Position numbers and translations under genes: made by a program | DNA from: Euglena gracilis | Taxonomy: Eukaryota | DNA: 64,000 nucleotides | NCBI GenBank assembly: GCA_039621445.1 | Contig: CP154954.1 | Coordinates: 2,356,001 to 2,420,000 of the forward strand | Direction of reading: 5' to 3' | Notes under the pieces: generated by a model | The model's database searches: none | What the model was told of the DNA's origin: nothing | The model's input: the letters and a program-made list of their open reading frames with translations, nothing else | Part shown: positions 21,883 through 62,000 of the stretch, one piece after another | Layout of the letters: each line of letters begins with the position of its first letter | Position numbering within the stretch: the stretch's first letter is position 1

Positions 21883-24800
21883 ACCGTCCCAAAAATGGCG
21901 TCTCCCCCGCGTCCCCCCCCGCGTCCCCCCCCCGCGTCCCCCCCGCGTCCCAGACACCCCCAACAAGAAACATGTGACGGAAGTATATTTTGTTTTTTTT
22001 CAAACTCAAAAAGATTTGGGGAAATTTTCGAATGGGATTTTTGTTGGGAATCCAGAGACCATCATATCACATCTTTGTGTGATGTCTTTTTGGCCGTTTC
22101 CCCTAAATAGCTATTTCTCTTGTGTGAATTTGTGTCAACTTTGGCCTGTTTTTTTTCAAGGAGTTGTTTTCGGGGTATTTTTGAGTCTGACGTTATTGTG
22201 GGAGGGACACAAAAAGACGGTGACGCCAAGAAAAGTTTCATTATCTTTGCAAAAATCGACTGATACCAACAGTTTCAACACCGCTGCCGAGCGCGAGCAG
22301 GGTTTGCATGGGCCCCATAGGTGGTGGGCCCCCCCAAGCCTTCCCGTATTTCTGGGGGTCCAACTTTTCCTTTGGCGCCGAAGGAATTTTCTTTGAGCGG
22401 GTAGCATGGTGTGGGGGGGCACCTCCCAGGTGGACGGCCGGCCCCCACCACGCCTTCCTGTACATACATCCCTGGGCGCGAGCAAGCGAAGCAAGCCGCC
22501 CAGCACCCCTGCCGAAACCGTTAGTGTCGGCCAATTTTTTTAAAACCCATTTTGTTGGGCCCACATGCTTGTGCGTCATGCGTATCACCACAGGAGACTA
22601 GGGGGGGGGGTTAAGTCCATCGGCACACTGTGCGCCTAGTTTCCACAGAAATTTTTTGTGTGTCATGTGTGTATCGCCAAATTAAAATTGTGTATCGCAT
22701 GTGTAATTTTTACCATGGAGCAAATTATTTGTGCCTATTTTGTCGTTTATCCATTGTCGCATTTACCCGTGAAACATCAATCTGAATCTTGCTGCAAAAC
22801 GTGACAGCTCCCAGGTGTTGAGGTTGACTGCGCCGACCTTGTTCCTATTGTGGTTCACGTCCCCGAAACCACCTTCCGGTCCATTGACATTCTCCGACGG
22901 AGCCCTCCTCTCACAGTGACTCGACAAGCTTATGATGCCTCTGGCAGAGCAGGGTTTGTATCCCCACCCCTGACAAATTCTGCCCATGGCAGTGGTCGTT
23001 GTTTGGATTGACTTGACCCGGTTGTTTGAATTCACAATTGCTTGTTTGTTTTCTGCCAGTTTCCTTTGGGACACGAGCCCACCACAGGTGTAGGAACAAT
23101 TTTTTCCCGGGGGGGGGCAAATGGTTCAGGCGAGCTTGCCCAATTTGTGACCGAAGGTAAGTTTTTTGGGGGTGGTGCGAGTCACAGGGGGGGGGGTCAA
23201 GGGGGGTCATGGGGCAAGGATGCCACTTTGGAGGCAGTCGGGAGCAGGGGTAGAAGTAATTTTTTCTCGGGGGGGGGGGGGCGAGATCCCTGACAAGCCT
23301 CACAAAACCATTGTTGTTGTTGTTATTGTTTTTCCGCGCTTCGAGCACTGAGACAATAGCGCTTCTTTTTGAAAGATGACATTGAATGTGGCAAAAAATG
23401 TGGCAATTTTGACATTATGCCACAAATCCATCACAATTTGGCAGCTTTCAAGGCTGCCCGACGGGCGGCAAGGGACGGTGATGCCTTTGTGTTTTGGGAT
23501 TTTAAAAATGAGCGTAGAATGCGAATAGAGAGTCGGTAGTGAGGTTACCTCCCAAAACCCACCCCTCCGAGCCATTACGTATGGAACAAGAAAAATGTAT
23601 TGCCGCCCGAAGGGCGGTTGGACGGTAATGCATTTTTCCAACAGCTTCCAAAAAGAGCCAAATTTTTCAACAGAAATGGTGTTGTTTAAAATTTGAATAC
23701 TATAGGCCAAGTCAACATACATGTGTTTCCTGTTACCACCCAAAGGGCGACGATTCGGTAGTGGATATATTCACAAACAACAACCCCAAATTGAAAAAAA
23801 GGTAGATTTTCGACTTGCGGGACCCCCCCCTATGCCTGGGCTCCGCCCTTGTGCCTGGCCAGTCCAGACCCCGGACCCCCTCGGTCAGCGCAAGAATTTT
23901 GTCCATCAGATGACTGGCAAAATGGATGGATAACAAATAAAATCAAATTTCATGTTGCAAAAAAATTCTGCCCGCCAAAATCCCGGGGGGGCGCCCCCCC
24001 CGACCCCCTACTTTCTACACCCCTGCAGCCCACCCTGCCCTTCCATGCCTCCCAAGTCTCACACCTCACTCTAATCGTTACCCCCCAAAATAAGACTCCC
24101 CATGGGCCGATCGAGCAAAAATCCCAAAAAACGATCCCCCAAAAGTATGACCTCCCCTGACGGCGTGAAGCGCGAAGCGCTGAAGACGGTGAAATTTTCC
24201 CCTGAAAAGTGCCAAAAATGATGAAACTTCAAATATTTTGGGATTTTTGAGTTCCCCAAAAAATAATAAATGTCAAATTGAACCAATTTTCATTTGGTGC
24301 GAAGCGGCGGAGCGAAAATTGGTGTTTTGGGAACCTGGAGAATGCTTTTCTCGAGCCCGGGTCGGTCAAGAAATATTCCAAAAGGAAGACCCCTCCCCAA
24401 AATAAGACCCCTCCGAAAATTTTTAAAATTTCGAAACACACGTCTTTGGAAGTTTTCTGAGCCCTTTTTGCATCCTTGCCAAAGTTGGCCGGTCTTGACC
24501 GCCAATTAGCCAATGAGGGGGGAGGGGGGAGGGTATCCCTATCCCAAACCCTAGACCAAAAATGGAGTGTCCCCATTCCAAACCACCCAATGCCTTCACC
24601 TGGTATGTGTCTTTTGGAAGACGCTGCAATCTTTGGGCGATGTCCACTGCCATGCATGCCGTCTACACCTCTCTCCAACACTCTGACGTCTCGCGCGCTG
24701 TTGCCTCCCCGTCGCCCATATTTGAACCCCTCGCGCTGCCCGTGGGTGAGTTTACCTCCAATCAGGGTTTGTGCTGGATGCCTTCTGGTGGTGGTGGTGG

Positions 24801-25220
24801 TTTTTTTATCGTCATTGTGCTATCACCCCTGTGCCATCGTGATTTTCCTGGTGATCGCAGGTGTGTTTTGGTCCCTGGAACAAAATTTACGTCAACATGC
24901 AGAACACCAAATTTTCTTTTGACTCCAAAAGCCTGACCTGCCCCCCATTGGGCATGGGGAGAAACACAAACACGTACGTGTGTGTGTCTTTTCAATTTTG
25001 GCCAAATTTGTGTGCTTTCGGTTTTGTCTTTTACACAACCCCCGCCTAATGGAAGCTCAGGGCTACTACAAGTGACTTGCGACTGCAAGTGCACCCCCTG
25101 GTCATTTCACAGAAAATTTTTGGCATTTTTGCGGTTTTTTTTGGCCATTTTCGGGGGGGAAAGTGGATGGTCCCCTGGGACCTCCCCGGGGGGCCCCCCA
25201 GGGGTTGGTTGGTTGGGGAC

Positions 25221-25345
25221 CAGGGTTTGATTTCAGGAGGGCGTACATGGTTTAGGTGGGGGGGGGTGTCCCCCCCACCACCCCCCCCTCCTGGCCCGCA
25301 AGGGGGGGTCCGGACCCCCCCCACCTGTCCTTATATCAAACCCTG
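25221..25345. mobile_element. Minimal 125-bp family-B MITE nested in another repeat
   Basis: cagggtttgat ... atcaaaccctg; perfect TSD ttggggac. Confidence 0.9.
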
Positions 25346-25947
25346 TTGGGGACCCCCCCTCACCAGTCTTAAAAAACCCCCTAACCAGAATGAGATCAAA
25401 AATTTTTTTGTCATTTTCTTTTGGCCAAAAATACTATTTATTTAATATTATTATTATTTGCAAATTTTTAGAATCAGCATTCCAGAAAATCATGTTTTTT
25501 TGATGTTTTTGTTTCTCTCAAAGCCCCAAAATCTATCGAATTATTATTTTTTTTTAATTTGTGTTTATTTGGATTTATTTATATCGCTTTTTTTGAGGGT
25601 CCCTCCCCCCGGGTCTGTAGGTCTGATTGATTTGGTTGGGTCGGTGACCCCCCAAATCGCCTCCTTCCGTAACCCCCCCTTCAAATAACCTGGCAGGGCC
25701 CTTGCTCCTGGCAGTGGACAAATAACTTGGCGGGGGGGGGGAAGATGGTTCCAGAATTTTGGCACCCCACTTTTTAGGCAAATTTCTTTGCGGCGCTGAA
25801 AAAAGGGGCCCAAATAACCTGGCAGGGGGGCAGGGCCAAAAGTTGGTTCCAACAACCTGGCGCCCCGCCAGGTTGTTTGGGGGGTTTTAGTTGGCTGGGT
25901 GCCCCACCCACAGTATCCCCAACCCTGCCGACAGCCCCGCCGCGGCC

Positions 25948-53110
<27,163 letters not shown>

Positions 53111-53599
53111 GTTGTGGGTGAGGGGGTCCTCCCGTACGAGGTTGTCCAGGGGGAACATACGGTTAGGAGGATGGGGTACCAGGTCCCCTTCCTCCAGCAT
53201 CCATCTTGAGAGATAGCAAATAAGAGGAGGTCCTGAGCTGTGAGGAAACAGAGAAATAAGGCATTGTACGGTAACATTGTACGCATGCAACCAAGTGTAC
53301 ACAAACACAAAAATATTTGTATGTAATTGTAATAACTGTACGCACGCGAGCAAGTGTGCACACATACACAAATTTTGTATGTTTGCACTAATTGTAAAAT
53401 CAAAATTGTAGCACCAAGTGTAAAAAATGTATGGCTCAGGACCGTAGTCCTTTAGCGAAAAGTCCTTTGCTAGGGACAAAATGGTTTGGCATCCGTCCAT
53501 TATACATTTTGGCATCCGCCCATTATACATTTTGTCGAAAGTCCATGCTATGGACAAATCTTGGACATCTTTGTGCATCATCCATTAGAAAGTATTTAC

Positions 53600-54224
53600 A
53601 GAAATGTCAACGTTGTTTCGTTTGTTCGATAGTTTCTAACCTTGTTGGATATAACCAACAAAACTGGTTGCAGGTTCCCAGGTGTCCTCTTCGGGACCAT
53701 AACCTTTCCACCGCACCTTCCAGTAGTGTATACACCTGTCTACTTTGTGGTCGAGGATTTTGTCAACGACAAAATCATCTGTCTCAGGCAGTTTTGACCG
53801 TGGTTTGAAGTAGAGGCAGGGTATTGCCTTACCGCTTGGTGGAGTCAGGTATGGTTTGAAGTCATCCATGTGCACATCCTCGACAGCGTTGGGTAAAGCG
53901 ACTTTGTAGCGCCCACTTGTACCCAACCGATCGAGGATCTCACATGGTCCGATCCAGAGGGGGTCCAACTTCGTGGATTGCATGCGGATTCTACTGTTCC
54001 GAACCCACACGCGGTCACCTGTGTTGTACGTCGGTGATTTGTAATCTTTTTAGAATTGTTTTTGTTTTTGTAAGTGTATAGCGAATACGCGCTTTTGCAC
54101 ATCCGTGCGCAAGGGTTCTACTTCAGAGAACCATGTTTCGCAACTCACGCTAGAACGAATGGGTCGTTCTGACGGAATGTCGCCCATGGCTGGGGGGGTC
54201 TCGTCCGAAGACTTTTTTGTATGG

Positions 54225-54300
<76 letters not shown>

Positions 54301-55125
54301 TATATATACATTTATATATATGTATATATATATATATATTGTAGTATCAGACCCGGTAACGTGTTGATATAAATTAAACACCAGGGTAATACTTGTAGCC
54401 AGACATTGTGTGATTCGGCCAGTGAAAGTCGTAGCATGTTGACTACAGCTTTCACTGCCGCTTCAGCGCGACCATTGCCTTTTGGACGATAAATAATAGA
54501 AAAATGCTGCTCAATTCCCAGTTAACCGCAAAGTGTTGTAAAAAATCGAGAAAAAATCAAATGGTCCTGATCACTCACGATTTCATTCAATAAACCCATG
54601 AGGCAAATGCATCTTTCTAAAAACATTTGTGCCAAAACTTGTGCTGTCAACCCTGCTTTCTGGCATGGAATGGCTACGATGTACCCAGTCAGCCGACAGA
54701 CAACAACAAGAATGTAATCGTAAATTTTGTCATCTGTTCCTTTGCAAGGTTCGAGTTCAGAAAATCCATGCACAGGGACGTAAAAATGTCATTTGGTACG
54801 GGGAAGAAGTCCATCGTACCAGGGGGGGGTACCTCTGCGCGGTTTCACAGCTTGACAAATTTGGCACCGTTGCGAAATTTGTAAACAGCGCCTGTACAAA
54901 TTTTTTTCGGTCAGGGTTGTACAGTACCTGCGACACACCAAAGAAAGAAGTTTGGGGGCCCCAGGGTGACCTTGGTTGTGATAACATAAAAGTACGTCAC
55001 CAACCAAGTCACAGGGTATCAAACGTAAAGGCGATCAGGTATAATTTTCAACCAATTCACCATTACGCAATCTTTGTACGACATCACTGTAAAAATCATC
55101 CTTGGAATAATCCCATTCTCGAAAA
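53600..55125 (-). pseudogene. Ty3/Gypsy (chromovirus-like) integrase-chromodomain remnant
   Basis: HHCC zinc finger (YHNQGHPG...CQICQAVK, 55022-54790), rve core (ILVVVCRLTGY...EIVSDQD, 54773-54522), GPY/F-like WIGPCEIL and chromodomain ([10 protein letters not shown]...[15 protein letters not shown], 54010-53636). Broken by frameshifts, stops and a (TA)n insertion. Confidence 0.92.
54228..54338. repeat. (TA)n microsatellite inside the integrase remnant
   Basis: Seen directly. Confidence 0.97.
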
Positions 55126-55670
55126 AAAGGAATTCGCTTCCAAAATGGTTCGGCAACACAGGGGATGTTGTTATTTTGGGGCCCTGGGACAGTTGAGCAG
55201 CAAAAGGAATTCGCTTCCAAAACGGTTCGGCAACACAAGAGATTTTGTTATTTTGGGGCCCTGGAACAGTTGAGCAGCAAAAAGAATTCGCTTCCTAACC
55301 GGTTCGGCAACACAGGGGATTTTGTTATTTAGGGGCCCTGGGACAGTTGAGCAGCAAAAGGAATTCGCTTCCAAAACGGTTCGGCAACACAGGGGATTTT
55401 GTTATTTTGGGGCCCTGGGACAGTTGAGCAGCAAAAGGAATTCGCTTCCAAACCGGTTCGGCAACACAGAGGATTTTGTTATTTTGGGGCCCTGGAACAG
55501 TTGAGCAGCAAAAGGAATTCGCTTCCAAAACGGTTCGGCAACACAAGGGATTTTGTTATTTAGGGGCCCTGGGACAGTTGAGCAGCAAAGGGATTTCGCT
55601 TCCAAAACGGTTCGGCAACACAGGGGATGTGTTTATTTTGGGGCCCTGGGACAGTTGATCAACAAAAGGG
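55125..55670. repeat. Tandem array of 7 x 77-bp units
   Basis: GAATTC/GATTTC anchor at 55130, 55207, 55284, 55361, 55438, 55515 and 55592 (exact 77-bp period); no unique spacers. Confidence 0.97.
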
Positions 55671-55797
55671 ATGTTTATGGTGCGGTTTTCGCTGTTTGAA
55701 ATATGTTCACCGACATTTTAGGCCAAACAAGGCAAATCTGTTTTGGAGGGGGGGGGGGGCTTAAAAAGTCGGTGACCCCCTCTTTTGGTACATTAGA

Positions 55798-55916
55798 GTG
55801 GCTAGTCGGTTGACTAGTCAACCGACTAGCCAGTTCCCTCCACCGACTAGTCGGTCGACTAGTAGTCGGTGAACTAGTCGACCGACTAGTCGGTCGACTA
55901 GCCAGTACCCCCCCCC
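55798..55916. repeat. Cluster of nested ctagtcg/cgactag palindromes
   Basis: For example tggctagtcggttgactagtcaaccgactagcca is a perfect palindrome. The cluster ends in ctagccagtacccc, as in the family-A MITE interior. Confidence 0.8.
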
Positions 55917-57560
55917 CACTGTACGTCGGGGCGCCCTAATGGGGGGACCACCGCATGAGCGGAAACGCGGTTTGGTGGCCATGTGGCTGTGGACTCGGGG
56001 ATAGGTGCGCGAATAGCGCTTTTTGAGCTGGAAGATGCGGTAAATGTGTCAGCCACACTCGATTGCGGGTTTTGATGGATGGAACGCAGCTGTGCGAGAA
56101 TTTGATCCAAATTTGTTGCAAACTCGTGCACAATTTGCTCCAAATGGTCAACAACCTGCTAATTGTTGGTTATCCGACCCAAATCCTCCTGCAAACGCTT
56201 GATCCGCCTATGGTATGAGGGTAACTCATCCAAAAGCGGTATTTTGTCAGAAATCGACTGAAAATTGTGCGAAATGGCACCAAAACCAGAGTCCAATTCC
56301 TGTACTCCTGTCACCAAAGTGCGCATCGCACTAGACATGGCCTCCAACTGTGGAGATGGCTTGGTAGGTTGTTCCGAGTGCGGATCTTTGACTTTTTCAG
56401 CCATTGGCTGTTCCTTCAACACTGAAACGTGCGCGGATAGTGAGATAAGGTCATATTGCAGTTTTGTGACATCCTGCTTCACCGTTGTCTCGGTGTTCAT
56501 GAGACTATCACAAAATCCTTGTATAATTTGGTGATGTTCCGCGGCATTTCAGCCCACATCTGGTCCAGGTGTGTTTGGGAGTATCAGGGTAGCACTTCGA
56601 TGCCCTCCCCCGGGGATCCGGGCCAAAAACCAGTCCGTCACTCTGTAAAAAATCAGTCACCCCGCGGGGGGTCAGCCAGCAACTAAGCGCCTGGATGGCG
56701 CGGGAACACTGAAACTGGTGGTCCATCTGCCCACCAATCATCATCGGCAATGGTGTTGGTAACGGCAATGTGCTTTGGGGTGGTGAAATCGGCCATGGTG
56801 GCCTTGAGTCCGCTAATATCCGGTGTTGGTGCACGGGTTGCCGCATTGCGGTTCTGCAATTCCGCCATTGTGGTTCGGATTTCCATTGTGTCATTTTGCT
56901 ACTAACTCGCGATATTCGCGATTTGGGTTTGAAAACTCGCAATTTCAGCAGGATTTTCGCCACAATGGCAAGATTTCTGCTCCAATCGAGAAAGTATTTC
57001 TTCCAATTGTTGCACACACGTGCGGGGGGCAAAACTTTCATTGGCTTTCATGGGCAGAAAAGTGGGCAAAATTCGTGGAATCACCGCTCAACTGGAAAAT
57101 GCGCTGTTGTGCTTCCTGAAATACGGTTGCAAGTGTGGAGAATTGCTCCAATGTGATAAATTGTCCCACATCGGGCTTTTTGACGGGGGGTTCATGCAAC
57201 TTTTGCCGCAATTGTGAAAAAATTGCCGTAATTGGCTCCAATTGATGAGATAAAGCTTGCAAACTATGTTGCATGTTGGAGAAAATCGCATCATTGCGGG
57301 ATTGTGTTTCACGCATGGCTTCACCAACTTTTTGCAAGTGTTGTGGCAAATGTGCCTGAAAATGTGCGTCCAACCCTTGCCGCAAAGTTGTTAGGTCCAC
57401 ATTGGTGGATTGAAAATTTGTTTGGCAATATTCACCAACATCACGCACACATCTCCAAAGGTAATCCAGCTTGTGTTCTACAACATTTTGGTTGTTTTCA
57501 TCAAAATACAAAACCTTAATAAGTGTCATAGCGCAAACCGCTACACATGTGTGCACACGG
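55917..57560 (-). pseudogene. Decayed gag-like ORF paralogous to the N-terminal half of 59066-62380
   Basis: LRQGLDAHFQAHLPQHLQKV..QSRNDAIFS vs LRQGFETPLQAQLPQRIQKV..QSRNDANFS; SDKIPLLDE..RRIKRLQED vs SDKIPLLDD..RRIKRLQDD. Frameshifts and an insertion at ~56585-56693. Confidence 0.88.
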
Positions 57561-59065
57561 GAAATTTGCGCCTGCGCACTGAAATTAGCGAATTTTTTGC
57601 CCCATTCCGCTACTTTTTTACCCGTGTACTTTTCCCTCCCAGGTTCTCTCTTTCTGATGTTTCATTCAAAGAACTGTGCATGCTGAATCAAGAAGAATCA
57701 AAATATCAACTGAGTTCAATAAAACAATTGTCCAAGAAATTCAAAAAGTCTACCCGGAAAGCCAAGCAAAAGGGGAAGCAAAGGCAGCAAATATATTCGA
57801 GAAAAGGGAAGAGCAAGCGTCACTGGGAATCAAGGTGAAGGTTTTTTCGGCTACCCCCCCATTACCCTTTTTTTAAATTCAAACCAGGCTCTTCCTCCCC
57901 CCCCCCCTACTGCTGCAGTGGCACCCCCAAGGAGTTGGCCAAAAATACCGTTCCCCCCGCAATTTTTGAATTATTTGGCTGCCGGAAACCAGGTTCTGGC
58001 TGAATTCGGGGACCGGAAGACACAAAAAAACGGAATTTTTGGGGCGCGTGTGCCTTTTTTACCGGAGCGCCGTGTGACTGTTTTTCCCCACTCGGCCTGC
58101 CGGGGAGCCCATTCCGCGCACGGTCACCGAACCGGCGAGAGGGGAAAACTGGTAGCAGAGGCTTGTTCGTTCTACGTTTTCCATTGAAGGCCATTTTCTC
58201 AAGTGCCTTCTTTTTGAAATGCAAAGCGTGCACACCTCCCCAGAATTTTCCACACACGAAGAGGCTACAGCCCACCAGGACACAGACAGGATGCCAACCC
58301 TTGCGGCGGACTTTGAAGTGGTAGCCCCCTGTGTACCAGGCAGCATGAACATGGCACTGTGCATAGCAGCAGACTGCAGAATGTACAATGTCATGCCAGA
58401 TAGTACTATTCCATGTTCTGCAATACAAATTGCAGAATTAGGAATAGCCTATCCTATCTCGGATCTGCCTTCTCTTTTCACAGGTGGTATTATTGTTTTG
58501 CTTTGTGTTTCATCAGCCCAAAAGGGCAAATCAAAGATTTGAAGGTTTGAACTCCGATAGGAGAACACTACTGGAACTGAAGTTCCAAAATCACACCTGG
58601 TTTGCCTTGTGCTCTGCATAAGCCCAAAGGCAATAAAAACTAATAGTTAAGTGAAAGGCTTTCTTTTTGTTACTCTCCTGGTTCTGTTCCCACGGGAGGG
58701 TGTAAGTAGGCCGACAGGCTGTGGGAATAGAGTCAGGGGACGTACACTTGGTAGCAGAATAGGTTACGAACCTACACATACTTCACAAACAGAAAGACTA
58801 CCAAGGCGTACACTTGGTAGCAGATTTGGTTTCCTTCCTACGCCCCTTCTCCCCCCTTCTCCCCCTCATCTTAACAGGTGACTTCAAACAGTGAGTGGTG
58901 CTGAGCCTATAGGCTACAAATCATCCACGAGCTGTTTGGAGCCAACTTCCAAGCACAGGTACAAGCTTCAGGAGGCTCTGGGCAGTATACGCTGCCATAT
59001 CCTTCTAAGTTTGTTCCTTTGCTTACCTTTTAGGGTTTGCTTGTGTTTTTTCTGCAAATAAAAAT

Positions 59066-62000
59066 ATGCAGAGCTCAAGCACCAACACACTCATTGATTA
59101 CCAAGAATTGATTGGTTCCTTGAGAAGCACTTCACATGAATTGTCACAAGAGGAGTATGTGCTCCAGTCAAGGTATACCCCCAGCTCTATTGAGCATCCC
59201 CCCACACAAATCCCCAGCTCTACTGAGCATCCCCCCACCCAAATCCCCAGCTCCATTGAGCAACCCCCCACCCTGTTTTCCAGCTCTATTGAGCATCCCC
59301 CCACCCAAATCACAAGCTCTAATGAGCAATTCCCCACCCATTTCTCCAGCTCTATCGAGCATTCCCCCGCCCAATGGGCTCCCCTACACCCATCGGTGTC
59401 TAGCTCTATCGAGCAGAATATAGCCCAACTGCCACAACCCCTCTTGTTGGAAAGCCGATCGGCTGACAGTTTTTCCCCCCAGCGAGATCTCGCACTATTG
59501 CCGATAGGCACATTTGATTCTGAGGCGGTTGCGCCACATCAACTTTTTGTTGAGGGTGGGTTAGAAACACCATGTTTTATCCAACCTCCCCATGCGCTCA
59601 CAGATCCACGTCCTATAGGACAATTGCAAGCACCACCCGATACGGGTTCTTTTCTTGCATTGCCTTGTATGGATTTGGCAAATTTGCGCCAAGGTTTTGA
59701 GACACCTTTGCAGGCACAATTGCCACAAAGAATCCAAAAAGTGAGTGAGACAGTGTGTGAAATACAATCCCGCAATGATGCGAATTTTTCCCAGTTGCAA
59801 CATAGTTTGCAGGCTTTTTCTGATCAACTGGAGCCAATAACGGCACTTTTTGAGCACAAAAATCCTGATATGGGAGATTTTGTTACCTTGGAGCAGTTCA
59901 CTGCATTCCAGGAAGCGCAACAGCGCATTATACAACCGAGCCGTGAATCGGCAAATTTTCACCATATGCACACCCAACCTGGTGAAGGTTTCGCTTCCAG
60001 CACTTATGTGCAGCAATTGGAGGAAAGACTTTCCCGGTTGGAGCGAAAATCATGCAGGTGTGGTGAAAATTCTGCTGAAATAACAAGTTTTTACGCCCAT
60101 ATCGCGAATATCGCAAGCAGGCAGGATGCTTACCACCAACGGTGGCAGAATAATATTGTTGACATCCAAACCGCAATTGCGGAGTTGCAGAACCGCAATG
60201 CGGTACCATGTTCACATCATTTAGAATTTCAGCGATTTTCTGCAGATATGCGTGATGAAAATCACCAAGTCAGGAAAAAATTTTGTGACAGTCCGATACG
60301 GACCGAGGAAACAGTGAATCAGCAAGTCAAAAACTTGCAGAAAGATTTCTCAGCGCTATCCGCGCAAGTTTCGGTGTTTTTGGAACAGCCAATGGCTGAA
60401 AACGTGCGGAATCCGCAAAATACCCCTCCTTTCAAACCACCTCCACAACTGGAGTCTATTTCCGAAGCGGTGCACACTCTAGCTGTGCGACTACGGGAAT
60501 TGGAAGGTGGTTTTGGAAACATTTCGCAAGATTTCCGGTCTTTTTCTGACAAAATCCCTCTTCTGGACGATATGTCCAAACACCGCAGGCGTATTAAGCG
60601 CTTGCAGGACGATATTGGTGCAATCACCGATCATCTGAAAGTTCTCGATGATTTAGAGAAAAATTTTCGTGACTTTACAGAAAATTTGGATCAAGTACAC
60701 GCACAATTGCGTTTTTTACAACAAAAACCCGATATGGGTGTTGTAGGCACACTTGCCGCAGATTTCAGCTCCAAAAGCGCTAACAGCGCACCTGTGGCAG
60801 AGCCTATTGGCACGTTGCCACAAAATTACGATTCTGCTCATGCAGTGGTCTCTCCCCCAGCGGTACCAGTCCCAATGGACCATTTTTTGGATGATGGGGT
60901 TGGTTTTCAAGAGAAAGCCAAGCGAAACCCTCAAAGAAATCGAAAAATTTGGGAATATGAACTTTGTCGCGGTATGAGCCGCACTGCCGCACATGGTATT
61001 GATCCTCAGATGCATCAGCATCACCATTCGCGCATTCGCGATTCACCAAGTTTGCAAGGTACCTATGGTAAACCAAGTGGAAAATTGAATGTGCATTCGC
61101 AAATTACACCCAAAAGTACACTTGGTGCAACCACCGAGGTACCCGCGCATGGTGCGGTTTTGCGCCCAGGCCCAACCTCCTTGAATACCACCGAAGGGCC
61201 ATGGGAGTTTCAGAAAGATATAAAAGGAATCATCGCTATCGCGAAAAAGGTAAAGCCCCAATGGGACGGTGACCCCACCACATGGAAACAATTTTTCCGT
61301 GACTGGGAATACTTCTGGGACTTGAAGGGTCCAACCCAAGACGGAAACCCAGAAGTAATCAAAATGGAATTCATAGACTGTTTACCAAAGGACGAAAAGG
61401 AACGCGCCAGACAATTGGTCATACGCGGGCGCATTTCTTTTCAGGATTTGGTAGAGCAATATGCTTCATCATGTTCCAGTTTGGTTTCCAGAATCACTCT
61501 GGAGAAAAAATGGCGGCAATATGCCCCCCATGACCGAAAATGGAGGTCGATAGACCTATGGTACTCAAAATGGCTCTGTTTGGCAGCCGAAGTAGACGAG
61601 TTAGGCGAAACCCAAATGAAAGAGCAATTTGACGCAGTATTACTGCACTTTATACCCAAACTCATCAAAGAAATTCACCGCGAGGAACTCGCAGGACATA
61701 TTTTGACGCTCGATGAGCGATGGAACTATGTTTCCAAACAATTGAAGCTATCACAGCTTCTCGGACAAATCCAGTCGGCTTATACGAGCCACCCCATAGC
61801 AGGAATACCCGCTATCCAAGTCAGTTCTGTGAAAAAAGTGTCACGCTTATCACATACCGCTATGGCGGAATCCAAGTTGCGCAATTCGCGCTCTTCAGAA
61901 GAATTTTCGGACAAATTGTGCTTTTTGTGTAACAAAAAGGGTCATATATCTTGCCATTGTCCAAATCCCGCAGCGCGAAAGCGCAACGCAAGCCCAAGAG

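Noticed and set aside
53113-53181. Possible short LTR (TG...CA next to a purine tract on the minus strand)
   Set aside because: No second copy or TSD found in the window.
55125-55670. CRISPR-like array
   Set aside because: Units are contiguous 77-bp repeats with no unique spacers, in a eukaryotic retroelement context with no cas genes.
58896-58915. Possible primer-binding site tggtgctgagcc
   Set aside because: Not adjacent to an identifiable LTR end, and the tRNA match cannot be verified.
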